Below, piece by piece: positions 1 to 9,221 of a stretch of DNA of 11,787 bases; the first letter of the stretch is position 1; each line of letters opens with the position of its first letter. The stretch lies in the IMG/VR virus record IMGVR_UViG_648276671_000012. One strand, written 5' to 3'. Source of the stretch: a virus. Lineage: Duplodnaviria; Heunggongvirae; Uroviricota; Caudoviricetes. Made by a program: the position numbers and the translations under genes. The notes under the pieces are model-generated. The model did not search any database, was not told the DNA's origin, and saw only the letters and a list, made by a program, of their open reading frames with translations.

Positions 1-1672
1 CACCTGCGGCCTGCGCCCGGCGGCCCGTTCGTCCGGTGTTATCAGGGAATGTACGGCTGATCAGTTTTGCGCGCCGGATGCTGTCACCCTTAAACAGGTA
101 AATACGTTTACCAAGGCCATCACGACGGCAACGACGCCAGAATTTATAGGCATTATCAGTGACCCCGTCTTCACCGCCGGAGTCCACCGCCATTGCCATC
201 AGTCGCATTTGTTGAGAAGGATCGGAGGCCAGCGGCCAGCTTTTATGAAAAACATCCGTCAGCAGGACATCCCAGTCTTCCGGATAGCTGGCCGGATCAA
301 TTCGCTGGCTCTCCCCGTCGCAGTCACTGCGCAATGACTGCGTGATGTTGTAACGATCAATAATCCAGCGTTCGCCACGACTGCCATAGCCCGTTACCTG
401 AACCACAAAACGGCGATGACGTCCCGCCTGCACATCCACTGTCGCCACAAGGAAATTAATGCCATCCGGCACACTGCGGGAAGGAACTGGCTCTGCCCGC
501 TGCTCAAGCAGTTCACTTTTTCGTTGCTCCATGCTGGCACGAGGAAGATAAGGCAATCCCCAGTCGGTGTTGATAACCGCCCTGAGTGTTTCTTCGCTTC
601 CTGTCGCTTCATACTCCTGTTCTGCAGTCAGTAATTTGTAAACCAGTTGCGCCCAGGTCTGATACGCAGCAGCTGGCCCTTCCATCCAGAAACTGGCGAT
701 ACGGGAGCGGCGCGGTTCACCGGAAACGTTGCCGTTACGATCAATGACCTGACCTTCACGCAACCAGACTCCTGCACTATTGAGCTCACGCTTTTTCTCC
801 GCAGTGATAATGCCGCTGCAGTGCGGGCAAAGTAGATACGCCGCCTCACTGGCTTTAAAGGGATCCGGTTCATTACGGTAGCCGGTCATGGCATCCATGG
901 CTGGCTGAAAATATTCACCGCAGTGCGGACATGACCAGTACCAGCGGCGGCGGTCACCACGATTGTAAAGGGAAAGAATACCAGTCGTCGGTGGCGCTTC
1001 ATGAGGCGACTTACGTCGCCATTTGCTATCGCAGATGTCACGTCCCGGCGAGCTCTCCACCAGAGTCATCCCGGCGGACATAAATGTGGTGGTACGTTTT
1101 GAGGCCAGGGAGAAACCATCACCCTCGCTGTCGATATTCTCCGGAAAACGGTCGTAATCGGTTAAGGCGACAAACCGGTAATCCGACGACGACATAATGT
1201 TGACCGAGGGCCAACCAATTTTAAGGAACGAGCCATCCCTGAACGTCTTCTCATGGACATTATTGTCGTTACGACGTGGACTCATTCTTTTCTTTACCGC
1301 CGCACTGCTTCTGAACGTTCTGTCGAGGCGCTTTTTAGAATGCTCGCGGGCCTTATCTTCGGTCATCTGCACAACGAGCATGTCCGAAGGATCGCAAACG
1401 ATGGTATAGACAATCCATCCATCGATCAGACCAATGGTCTTCCCTGTTCGCGCAGGACCAACAAAAATCACCGCATCGTATTCACGCGATGCCAGGCAGT
1501 TCATGGGCTCAATGATGTAGGGTGTCAGTTCAGGATCCCATGGCACCGAGTTACCAGCCCCCTTGGGAACACGCATGAATTTTTTAACAGCCTCCGAAAT
1601 CGGCATGCGACGTGGTGGGGAAAATCCTGCCGATATGTCCCTTCCCAAATTTCGGGCTGATGAAAAACCCAT
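1..1672 (-). CDS. phage terminase large subunit (lambda gpA-like), N-terminal ~557 codons; 3' end lies beyond window start
   Basis: Manual minus-strand translation from ATG 1672..1670 (GGAGG SD about 5 nt upstream) is open to position 2: MGFSSARNLGRD..., Walker A VIFVGPARTGKT, zinc-finger-like WYWSCPHCGEYFQ and LCPHCSGIIT. Absent from the ORF track because the ORF is incomplete in the window. Sits directly downstream of the small-subunit gene. Confidence 0.8.
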   Translation of the reverse strand, partial: MGFSSARNLGRDISAGFSPPRRMPISEAVKKFMRVPKGAGNSVPWDPELTPYIIEPMNCLASREYDAVIFVGPARTGKTIGLIDGWIVYTIVCDPSDMLVVQMTEDKAREHSKKRLDRTFRSSAAVKKRMSPRRNDNNVHEKTFRDGSFLKIGWPSVNIMSSSDYRFVALTDYDRFPENIDSEGDGFSLASKRTTTFMSAGMTLVESSPGRDICDSKWRRKSPHEAPPTTGILSLYNRGDRRRWYWSCPHCGEYFQPAMDAMTGYRNEPDPFKASEAAYLLCPHCSGIITAEKKRELNSAGVWLREGQVIDRNGNVSGEPRRSRIASFWMEGPAAAYQTWAQLVYKLLTAEQEYEATGSEETLRAVINTDWGLPYLPRASMEQRKSELLEQRAEPVPSRSVPDGINFLVATVDVQAGRHRRFVVQVTGYGSRGERWIIDRYNITQSLRSDCDGESQRIDPASYPEDWDVLLTDVFHKSWPLASDPSQQMRLMAMAVDSGGEDGVTDNAYKFWRRCRRDGLGKRIYLFKGDSIRRAKLISRTFPDNTGRTGRRAQAAG

Positions 1673-1680
1673 TATTCCTC

Positions 1681-2238
1681 CTAGAGACTCTCTCCTTCCT
1701 CATCAGGAATTAATTCAGCAGCACAAGCCTCGTAGGATTTTTCCTGAAGAGTGTATCGCAGGTCATCAATTGCCTGCTGTACAACGCCGACGGCCTGAGG
1801 AGTCAGGGCGCAATCGCGTTCAAGAACATCCGGAATTGTCTCCAGAACCTGGACGACAGCCTTTCTCATGGACGAATAGACGATGACTACTTCATCAACG
1901 GGGATGAGTTTTCGCTGCTCCTTTTCCAGCTTGATCCTTTCATTTTCAGACTGGTACCAGTCCTTTCTCTCTTTCGGCTCCATACGGGATGGATCATGAA
2001 CAGAGTCTGCTGCCTCATGCTTCACACTAAACAGGGCTGGCCCGACATGCTGCAGGGCGTAAACGGGGTTCCCCCTGACAGTCGCAGCCACAGGAGTGTT
2101 GGCCGCGAGAAGCCGTTTTTTTACTGTGTCCCGGTGAAGCCCAAAGGCCTCAGCGATTTTAAAAACACTCCAGTAATAAGCATCACCGATCCCGCTCACA
2201 TTTGACATAAGCAACTCCATCTGGCAGGTGAAAATCAT
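1681..2238 (-). CDS. phage terminase small subunit (lambda Nu1-like, NohA-like)
   Basis: 185-aa ORF with N-terminal HTH-like segment (SVFKIAEAFGLHRDTVKKRL) and acidic C-terminus (AAELIPDEEGESL), resembling lambda Nu1. Lies between a cos-like site and the large terminase gene. True start may be the internal ATG at 2208..2206, which has a GGAG SD; the first ATG at 2238 lacks an obvious SD. Confidence 0.7.
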   Translation of the reverse strand: MIFTCQMELLMSNVSGIGDAYYWSVFKIAEAFGLHRDTVKKRLLAANTPVAATVRGNPVYALQHVGPALFSVKHEAADSVHDPSRMEPKERKDWYQSENERIKLEKEQRKLIPVDEVVIVYSSMRKAVVQVLETIPDVLERDCALTPQAVGVVQQAIDDLRYTLQEKSYEACAAELIPDEEGESL

Positions 2239-2387
2239 GTTTATTTATATATTTCAATTAATTGTAAACTGGTCTAATGACAGGGAGAAAAAAATATTGT
2301 ACAGGTAAAAAGAGAAATAACTTTTAATTATCAATAAATTACCAAACATGCTGCCGCCGCCATGGAAATGCAAAAACTAGCCTTTTT

Positions 2388-2407
2388 CCGCGACGCTCCC
2401 GCCCCGT
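2388..2407 (-). other. putative cosN (cohesive end site), lambda-like variant
   Basis: Minus strand reads ACG GGGCGGGAGCGT CGCGG, against lambda ACG GGGCGGCGACCT CGCGG as recalled (16 of 20 identical, both flanks conserved). It is a GC-rich island in AT-rich DNA about 170-190 bp upstream of the Nu1-like start, where cosB is expected. Confidence 0.5.
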
Positions 2408-2765
2408 GGCAGGGGCCCCCACCGGGAGGACCCGACAGCCTGACAGCCGTGACGAGCATCTGATACAGCGCTTTACATAATGGCATAGGAATAATTCAGA
2501 AGGACATCACAGCATGCCCACACAAATTAGTGTGAGTGTCCTGTTTCTTCCTACGCACAGGACTGACGAGCATGAGGGGAAAATACGCGAACCATAAATG
2601 CCTCATCTTCAGCAATGCAGCCGAACAGGACGATATTGTAAATTCACCTAATTACGAGGACATTGCAGTAGTTGAATTGCAGCTCTGTATTAGCCTGACA
2701 GTGACAGAATGCGATATTGACTCTGTCACAGGTGGAATAGTTTGAATGATTAGCAGTTATGGTGC

Positions 2766-2972
2766 TCAGTCAACCACCAGGGAATAATCCTTCGAATTCT
2801 TATCGTGCTTCACCAACGCTGCCTCAATTGCCCTGAATGCTTCCAGAAACACCTGATGTTCTATACATGCAATTACAACATCCGGGTAACTCATAGAAAT
2901 GGTGCTATTAAGCATATTTTTTACACGAATCAGATCCAACGAGAGTTCATCAGCAGATTGTTCTTTATTCAT
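2766..2972 (-). CDS. hypothetical small acidic protein (68 aa), moron between cos and ydfO-like gene
   Basis: ORF with GGAG SD 9 nt upstream of ATG (2972..2970). No recognisable motif. Occupies the position where I believe K-12 Qin has a small ORF between nohA and ydfO, but the sequence is not recognised. Confidence 0.4.
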   Translation of the reverse strand: MNKEQSADELSLDLIRVKNMLNSTISMSYPDVVIACIEHQVFLEAFRAIEAALVKHDKNSKDYSLVVD

Positions 2973-3272
2973 TTTGTCGCTCCATGCGTTTGCTCGTCAT
3001 CTAGCGGTTAAAATATTACTTCAAATCTTTCTGCATAAAAGAGGAAAAGTATGAAAGTTTGAGTACATCGACCTTACATACATCTGTCGGTTGCATATCC
3101 CTCCTGGATGCCAGCAAGGCTCAACTTTGTTACGCAACCAACACTATTTATTGAAAACAGGCTTAATATTTGACATAAATCATCAACAAAACACAAAGAG
3201 GTCAGACCAGATTGAAACAATAAACACGATAATGCAAACTACGCGTCATCGTATCACATGGAAGGTTTACCA

Positions 3273-3683
3273 ATGGCTCAGGCTGCCATTTTTAAAGAAA
3301 TATTCGATCAAGTGCGTAAAGATTTAAACTGTGAATTATTTTATTCTGAGCTAAAACGTCACAATGTCTCACTTTATATTTACTATTTAGCCACAGATAA
3401 TATTCACATTGTGTTAGAAAACGACAACATAGTGTTAGTAAAAGGACTCAAAAAGGTTGTAAATGTTAAATTCTCCAGAAACAAACATCTTATAGAGACC
3501 TCCTATAATAAGTTGAAATCAAAAGAAATCACATTTCAACAATACAGGGAAAATCTTGCTAAAGCAGGAGTTTTCCGATGGGTTACAAATATCCATGAAC
3601 ACCAAAGATATTACTATACCTTTGATAACTCATTACTATTTACTGAAAGCATCCAGAAAACTACACAAATCTTACCACGCTAA
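3273..3683 (+). CDS. ydfO: DUF1398-family protein (YdfO-like), 136 aa
   Basis: ORF on the strand opposite the late operon; start chosen at ATG 3273 (GGAAGG SD 6 nt upstream) rather than the track ATG at 3258. Assignment rests mainly on synteny with K-12 Qin (nohA-ydfO-gnsB-ynfN-cspI) and matching length, not on recognised sequence. Confidence 0.55.
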   Translation: MAQAAIFKEIFDQVRKDLNCELFYSELKRHNVSLYIYYLATDNIHIVLENDNIVLVKGLKKVVNVKFSRNKHLIETSYNKLKSKEITFQQYRENLAKAGVFRWVTNIHEHQRYYYTFDNSLLFTESIQKTTQILPR

Positions 3684-3785
3684 ACCATAACGTCCGGCTT
3701 CTCTCACTCCTGAGCCGGACTGCATTGGTTTAATAAAAACCATCAACAATTGTGATTTAGATATTCGGAACCATTCAAATATAAC

Positions 3786-3809
3786 AAAACCCCGTAAAAA
3801 CGAGGTTTA
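3786..3809 (-). terminator. putative intrinsic terminator downstream of gns-like gene
   Basis: Minus-strand RNA CCUCGU-UUUU-ACGGGG hairpin (one G.U pair) followed by UUUUGUU. Confidence 0.4.
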
Positions 3810-3834
3810 TGGATAAATTTTATTATTGAATACA

Positions 3835-4007
3835 TCAGATTAAATTAATCTTGACATCATAGCTTTCAAGACCCGTCATTTTTTCCCGTGCGGTAAACTG
3901 AATACTGGTAACTTCTTTCCCGGTCTTTTTCTTAAGTTCAATAATTTTTTTGTTATATATTCAGAAATATCTGCTTCTGCTTTTGTTTTTAAGTCTTCAA
4001 TATTCAT
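3835..4007 (-). pseudogene. gnsB/gnsA-like gene disrupted by -1 frameshift in a homopolymer (A7 on coding strand, T7 on plus strand 3945..3951)
   Basis: Minus-strand translation from ATG 4007 gives MNIEDLKTKAEADISEYITKK and then goes out of frame to a stop at 3878..3876. The -1 frame continues IIELKKKTGKEVTSIQFTAREKMTGLESYDVKINLI to TGA at 3837..3835. Both halves resemble GnsA/GnsB (57 aa) as recalled; one extra A would restore a 57-aa ORF. Confidence 0.6.
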
Positions 4008-4179
4008 CATTTCCTCTTTTAGTCTGTTATGACTTTCCAGTTACACTGGTAAGTCGATTATATGGTGCAAACGTGTAAAAGATAAGATGAAACATCGCAA
4101 TAATCAACATACGATAGTCTAAATTTTACACAAACAGACAAAGAGAATTTTCCTGAATTATCAATGCAATAGCATCAAA

Positions 4180-4335
4180 TCAACTCAAGAGCCTTATTGC
4201 TGCTTCCAGAATTTCTTCTGAAGTAACATGCCGATCCGCGGCTACATAAATGACTTTATGATCTCCGGTCAGAGATGGAAACCCTGCGGCCATTACAGTA
4301 AGGTGTGTTTTTTCGCCATTTGGATATTCACGCAT
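4180..4335 (-). CDS. small hypothetical protein, 51 aa from internal ATG (possibly YnfN-like by position)
   Basis: Track ORF 4180..4371 is 63 aa; the ATG at 4335..4333 gives 51 aa (MREYPNGEKTHLTV...). Lies between the gns-like gene and cspI as ynfN does in K-12 Qin. Sequence not independently recognised. Confidence 0.45.
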   Translation of the reverse strand: MREYPNGEKTHLTVMAAGFPSLTGDHKVIYVAADRHVTSEEILEAAIRLLS

Positions 4336-4453
4336 GATGGTGTTAACTCCAGTCATCGCTGGCACTACCACTGCTGGTTCAGAGTTAAAAAAACTATGAT
4401 TTTTTTCATGATGTTACCGTAGTATGTGAGTATCCATCGAATAGACACCAAGC

Positions 4454-4474
4454 AAAAAAGCTCCCGAAGGAGCC
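4454..4474 (-). terminator. putative intrinsic terminator between cspI and the 51-aa ORF
   Basis: Minus-strand GCUCC-UUCG-GGAGC stem with tetraloop followed by U6; about 210 nt downstream of the cspI stop. Confidence 0.4.
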
Positions 4475-4680
4475 TTCATTTTCACTTTTTTAAATCCAAC
4501 GACAGACGGCTGGCATTTAAGTATTGTGAAATATTATCAAATGTAATCATCATTGATTTACAAAAGATACATTTTGCCCCGAAAGGATTCATGTCAGAAA
4601 CATCAAAAGATGATGTTCTATACTGGGAACCATGACAACACGGGCATCTAAAGTGAATATGGTTTGTAATATTGTCTACC

Positions 4681-4893
4681 TCAAAGCGCCACTACATGAA
4701 CAGCGGCAGGACCTTTAGGTCCGTTCTCAATACCAAATTCAACTTCCTGATTCTCAGTTAATGTTTTGAAATCGTTGCTCTGAATTGCTGAGAAATGGAC
4801 AAACACATCTTTGCTGCCATCTTTCGGCGTGATGAAACCAAAACCTTTTTCAGGGTTAAACCATTTCACTAAACCAGTCATTTTGTTAGACAT
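4681..4893 (-). CDS. cspI: cold-shock protein, CspA family (CspI-like), 70 aa
   Basis: [34 protein letters not shown]... with RNP1-like KGFGFI and RNP2-like VFVHF motifs. cspA-type SD (AAGG about 9 nt upstream of ATG 4893..4891) and a roughly 360-bp upstream intergenic region consistent with a long csp 5' UTR. Confidence 0.9.
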   Translation of the reverse strand: MSNKMTGLVKWFNPEKGFGFITPKDGSKDVFVHFSAIQSNDFKTLTENQEVEFGIENGPKGPAAVHVVAL

Positions 4894-5255
4894 AATTATT
4901 ACCTTTTGAAGAAATTAGCCCTTGGGCAGAATGGTCCGAAAAAAAATATCAGAGAGAAAAACCAACAAGGAAATCTCAAGAGGTACAAATAATAAAATTA
5001 TAACAATGACTGCTTCAGATAAATTTGTAACAAACCAGAACACCATTAACGCATGATTAACCACCCATAGCAAGGATTACTTTTGTAAAGAAAAACACAG
5101 CAATGAAAGAATAGCTTTATTTATTAATAAAACGTGTCATTCTGATTAAGACCTTTTATCTTACCCTTAAGATTTCAGGAATTTTGACTCATGGAAGAGT
5201 CCTTTTTATTTAAATTTTACATTCAGCGATGTAAATGTTCCGATTTAATATTACC

Positions 5256-6279
<1,024 letters not shown>

Positions 6280-6283
<4 letters not shown>

Positions 6284-6591
6284 ATATATTTATGATGAGG
6301 ACGCTCGTGCTTATTGGCAGGATTTTCAATCTTAAAGGAGTACTGATGCTGCAGATAAGACTCAACTTTTTCTGACAATTTTTCTGCTACTTCCAGGAAG
6401 ACTTGCCGGACGCTCCTTCTGGCTGCTGCCTCATAAAACTCCAGCGCAGCTCCTTCAACACGGTCCATGGCGACATCCAGGCCAAAAATTTCACCGTCAA
6501 AGCGTTCTTTGTCCTGTAAGGCTACAGTTACCGTAACTTTATTCTCAAAATTACGGACTCCTTTCACAACCAGTTCATAGTCTTGAGTCAT
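6280..6591 (-). CDS. ydfR: DUF1327-family protein (YdfR-like), 103 aa, inserted between holin and endolysin
   Basis: ORF tightly packed in the lysis cassette: stop overlaps the endolysin start and its start is 5 nt after the holin stop. Assignment by synteny and length. Confidence 0.65.
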
Positions 6592-6595
6592 TGGA

Positions 6596-6811
6596 TTACT
6601 CTCCTCTCGCAGCCTTACGCCTGTCTTCTTTAATCTTGAAATAAAGATTTGTCAGATACGTCAGCAGGCCAAAAACCAGGCTACCCAGCACACCGATTGC
6701 AGCCCACTGTGACGGAGTTACTTTATCGAGTAACTGCAATGCCCAGAAACCAGCATTACCCGCCGATGTGCCATAGGCAACACCTGTTGTTAACTTATCC
6801 ATTGATTTCAT
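6596..6811 (-). CDS. essQ: phage 21 S-type pinholin with dual-start motif (M-K-S-M), 71 aa
   Basis: [71 protein letters not shown] closely resembles phage 21 S68/S71 as recalled. Two TMDs; GAGG SD 4-5 nt upstream of ATG 6811..6809. The track's 96-aa version (to 6886) is probably an artefactual N-terminal extension. Confidence 0.85.
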   Translation of the reverse strand: MKSMDKLTTGVAYGTSAGNAGFWALQLLDKVTPSQWAAIGVLGSLVFGLLTYLTNLYFKIKEDRRKAARGE

Positions 6812-7030
6812 ATCCTCACCCCGATGTACACGGATGGTGCAATATGTTTGAAAAGATCGGAGTCTACGGGGTAGTTTTGACAGCACACGTTGTTCTCAAC
6901 GGCGCTAAAAAAACATACACATTAAAAATGTGGGTAATTATTTTGAAAGAAAGTCATATATAAAATAATAATACGAGAAATGTTTTCATATTTAGTGTAC
7001 TGTATACGGCCATTTATACAGGAAAAGCCT

Positions 7031-7201
7031 ATGTCAGAACGTAAAGACTCAAAATCACGCCGTAATTATCTCGTTAAATGTTCCTGCCCAAACTGCACCC
7101 AAGAGTCAGAACACAGTTTTTCAAGAGTACAAAAAGGTGCCCTTTTGATCTGCCCTCATTGCAACAAAGTATTCCAGACAAATCTTAAAGCTGTAGCCTG
7201 A
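7031..7201 (+). CDS. small zinc-ribbon protein, 56 aa (two CxxC pairs), strand opposite to late operon
   Basis: Internal ATG at 7031 with AGGA SD; CSCPNC...CPHC motif. Possible -35/-10 (TTGAAA, 17 bp, TAATAA) near 6943..6971. May correspond to the small protein YnfU of K-12 Qin, but this is recalled, not verified. Confidence 0.5.
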   Translation: MSERKDSKSRRNYLVKCSCPNCTQESEHSFSRVQKGALLICPHCNKVFQTNLKAVA

Positions 7202-7261
7202 TTGATTTTATTAGTAACAAGTATTTTTTATATTTTAATAATATATTTAAAGCAGATAATA

Positions 7262-7285
7262 AAAAACCCGCCTGAGCGGGTTTGA
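7262..7285. terminator. intrinsic terminator hairpin (AACCCGC-CTGA-GCGGGTT), strong on minus strand, weak on plus
   Basis: GC stem with tetraloop flanked by an A-run and a T-run. On the minus strand it is followed by U6 (downstream of cspB); on the plus strand it follows the zinc-ribbon ORF. Confidence 0.55.
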
Positions 7286-7564
7286 GATTGTGGTGCTTTT
7301 TGTGGGAGTCATCCACTTACGCACTTTGTTTTGCCATGCCAGCAGTTAGCTTCTGCTGTAAAACTATTCATGCAGCAAACCTGCACTTCACCACAATGGT
7401 TAGCATACTTTTCCTGATTAAGATTTTGCCAAATATGCTGGCCATTGTTTCATGTATTGGACCTCCTTACTTTTTATTAAAGAGATCCAATATTCACTAC
7501 TCTGTCCGTATCTCTACTCAGGCATCAGCCTTCTTCGTTATCGTATACAGACGAGCGATGAATT

Positions 7565-7780
7565 TTAATCAGTAATGATGACATTTACTGCTGCAGGACC
7601 TTTAGCACCACTCTCTATAGAGAAGGTAACCTTTTGACCTTCAAATAAGGTTCGATAATTATCATTCTGAATCGCAGAAAAATGCACAAACACATCTTTA
7701 CTACCATCAACAGGAGAAATAAAGCCGAAACCTTTATCAGCGTTAAACCATTTTACTAAACCAGTCATTTTATTTGACAT
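7565..7780 (-). CDS. cspB: cold-shock protein, CspA family (CspB-like), 71 aa
   Basis: [64 protein letters not shown]...; RNP1/RNP2 motifs. Sits between Q and the holin as cspB does in Qin. Confidence 0.9.
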   Translation of the reverse strand: MSNKMTGLVKWFNADKGFGFISPVDGSKDVFVHFSAIQNDNYRTLFEGQKVTFSIESGAKGPAAVNVIITD

Positions 7781-8078
7781 TCTACATTCCTTAACTTGAG
7801 CCTTTCGGCATAAATGGTTTGCATAACAGAAACGACTTCGTACTTAATTGGAGAGACTCAAAGAAGGAATAAGTGAATAACACCTGAAATGAGAACTGCT
7901 TTAGTAAACTACTTCGTATATCGTCTGTTCTTCAAACCGAAGCAGTCATTAACTCATAGTTGAACATATGAAGCAATGTTTATTTTAGACATCCAGCCAC
8001 CTTCAACCCTATCAACAAAGTAGTTTTCTCCAGGAACGTGTGTATGGTGCACCAGGTTATCAGTATTAAGGAGTTTTT

Positions 8079-8284
8079 CTGTCCCCTAAAATGACAGGAA
8101 TTGCCAAAAACTTTGACTACAAAAGCAGCAAAGGTCTTATATTCCCATCCGATGGCGTATCGATGCCCAGCTTCACGTTTCAGCTCTCAATCTTCGAGAT
8201 GCAGAAGAAATTACCACAGGATTACGCGTGGAATTTTGCCGGATAAATGGTTCGCGTGGACCTTCAACTGCCAATGTTTATCCC
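8079..8284 (+). pseudogene. cspF/cspH-like cold-shock gene remnant: start codon changed to CTG, -1 frameshift near 8156, altered C-terminus
   Basis: Frame A from 8079: [26 protein letters not shown] (recalled CspF: [26 protein letters not shown]). The match then continues in another frame: [50 protein letters not shown] is intact at 8068..8073. Product reconstructed by hand across two frames. Confidence 0.6.
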
Positions 8285-8324
8285 GGGATGAGATTCAATA
8301 TCTCTATTGCCCCATTTAAAGCAC

Positions 8325-8350
8325 AAAAACCCGCTTATAAGCGGGTTTTC
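8325..8350. terminator. perfect palindromic terminator hairpin (AAAACCCGCTTA/TAAGCGGGTTTT); candidate tR' of the late promoter and terminator of the cspF-like gene
   Basis: 24-bp perfect palindrome 8326..8349 flanked by A/T runs, about 110 bp downstream of the Q stop on the minus strand. Confidence 0.55.
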
Positions 8351-8396
8351 TACTTTTTTCTAAACGTCGGATACACAAAGCCCATCGTTGAGAAAA

Positions 8397-8425
8397 TCTT
8401 ATCCATGTTTTTTGAAAAATGCAAA
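8397..8425 (-). promoter_or_regulatory. candidate late promoter PR' (with Q-utilisation region) immediately downstream of Q
   Basis: Minus strand TTGCAT (8425..8420), 17-bp spacer, TAAGAT (8402..8397). Location matches lambda-type PR' between Q and tR'. Hexamers are each 4 of 6 to consensus, so the call is positional. Confidence 0.35.
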
Positions 8426-8455
8426 CATCATGTCGCCATCTTCAGCAAAAATCAT

Positions 8456-9208
8456 TTATCTCGTCACCTTCCTCAATTGCGCTTCCGCGTATGCTTCTTC
8501 CTGCCAGCACTTTGTTACCAGTTTACCAATGACGTCCGCATACCCCTTATACCACTGATAATCGGTCAGGTCTGGTACCAGCTTCTGGACATGACGTCGT
8601 GCCAGCGTGGTCGGTAAACGACTAAACCGGTTTCCATTACAACGCCCACAAATCTTATATACCGGTACGCCATGAAAACGGGTTCTTTTTTCATCCAGAA
8701 CAATCCCTTTACCCTTACACCCTCTGCACGCTGTGCTGACTTCGCCCTTACCATGGCAATGCTGACATAGTTCCTTCACCCATTCTTCCTTGATTACAGA
8801 TTCCCCGCGTCTGTAGTGTTTCACCACTTCGCGCAATACATTATAAAATCCCGTACCTGAACAATGCTCACAGCGAGCCTTACTTGCCGCAGACCTGGAG
8901 TAATCAGCAAAGGCAAAACTCACGAGGTAAGGAATAATCTGTAACCGGATTTCTTCACTCAATTTGTTCAATGTCGGGTTATCCAGTGCCATCGCGTAAT
9001 TTAGCAGGCCTTCAATCGCAAACTGAGGGTCCTGAACACCAACTTTTGCCAGAAATAAGGCCAACCCAAGTGGTGCTTTCGACTGCACCATCCCCTGCGC
9101 TGCCATTACATCCGTAATTGTTAAACAACCGGTGCCTGTCGCTGGAGCGTCATCGCTCAATTTTGGAGATTTTGGGGAGTAATATTTTGGTAAGGCTTCA
9201 AGGTTCAT
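8456..9208 (-). CDS. quuQ: late-gene antitermination protein Q, 250 aa from internal ATG
   Basis: Track ORF 8456..9238 (260 aa); the ATG at 9208..9206 with GGAG SD gives 250 aa. Multiple Cys/His zinc-finger-like motifs ([31 protein letters not shown]). Located upstream of the PR'/tR' module and the lysis genes. Confidence 0.8.
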   Translation of the reverse strand: MNLEALPKYYSPKSPKLSDDAPATGTGCLTITDVMAAQGMVQSKAPLGLALFLAKVGVQDPQFAIEGLLNYAMALDNPTLNKLSEEIRLQIIPYLVSFAFADYSRSAASKARCEHCSGTGFYNVLREVVKHYRRGESVIKEEWVKELCQHCHGKGEVSTACRGCKGKGIVLDEKRTRFHGVPVYKICGRCNGNRFSRLPTTLARRHVQKLVPDLTDYQWYKGYADVIGKLVTKCWQEEAYAEAQLRKVTR

Positions 9209-9221
9209 GCTCGTTCTCCAC

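Noticed and set aside
394-1886. Track ORFs 394..612(-), 416..634(+), 628..873(-), 647..835(+), 1197..1409(+), 1253..1660(+), 1563..1886(+)
   Set aside because: All lie inside the terminase large-subunit gene in other frames or on the opposite strand. The real gene is the continuous minus-strand frame 1..1672, missing from the track only because it runs off the window.
1996-2205. Plus-strand 69-aa ORF
   Set aside because: Antisense to the terminase small-subunit gene; no SD or motif.
2536-3327. Track ORFs 2536..2745(+), 2805..3011(+), 3091..3327(+)
   Set aside because: The first has no SD and sits in the cos-proximal intergenic region; the second is antisense to the 68-aa ORF; the third overlaps the ydfO-like start out of frame.
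4228-4635. Plus-strand ORFs 4228..4422 and 4426..4635
   Set aside because: The first is antisense to the 51-aa ORF; the second spans the terminator and intergenic region with low-complexity, stop-poor AT-rich sequence and no SD.
5189-5215. Plus-strand hairpin GACTC-atggaa-GAGTC followed by a T-run in the cspI upstream region
   Set aside because: Only a 5-bp stem and no upstream plus-strand gene to terminate; more likely part of the cspI 5' UTR or promoter region.
6812-6886. N-terminal extension of the holin ORF to 96 aa
   Set aside because: The M-K-S-M dual-start motif and SD support the start at 6811; the extension lacks an SD.
7282-7575. Plus-strand 97-aa ORF
   Set aside because: Begins inside the terminator hairpin, has no SD, and reads through the region downstream of cspB.
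8101-8617. Plus-strand ORFs 8101..8319 and 8228..8617
   Set aside because: 8101..8319 is an out-of-frame reading through the cspF-like remnant. 8228..8617 is the frameshifted C-terminal part of that remnant running on, antisense, into Q; it is interpreted as part of the pseudogene.
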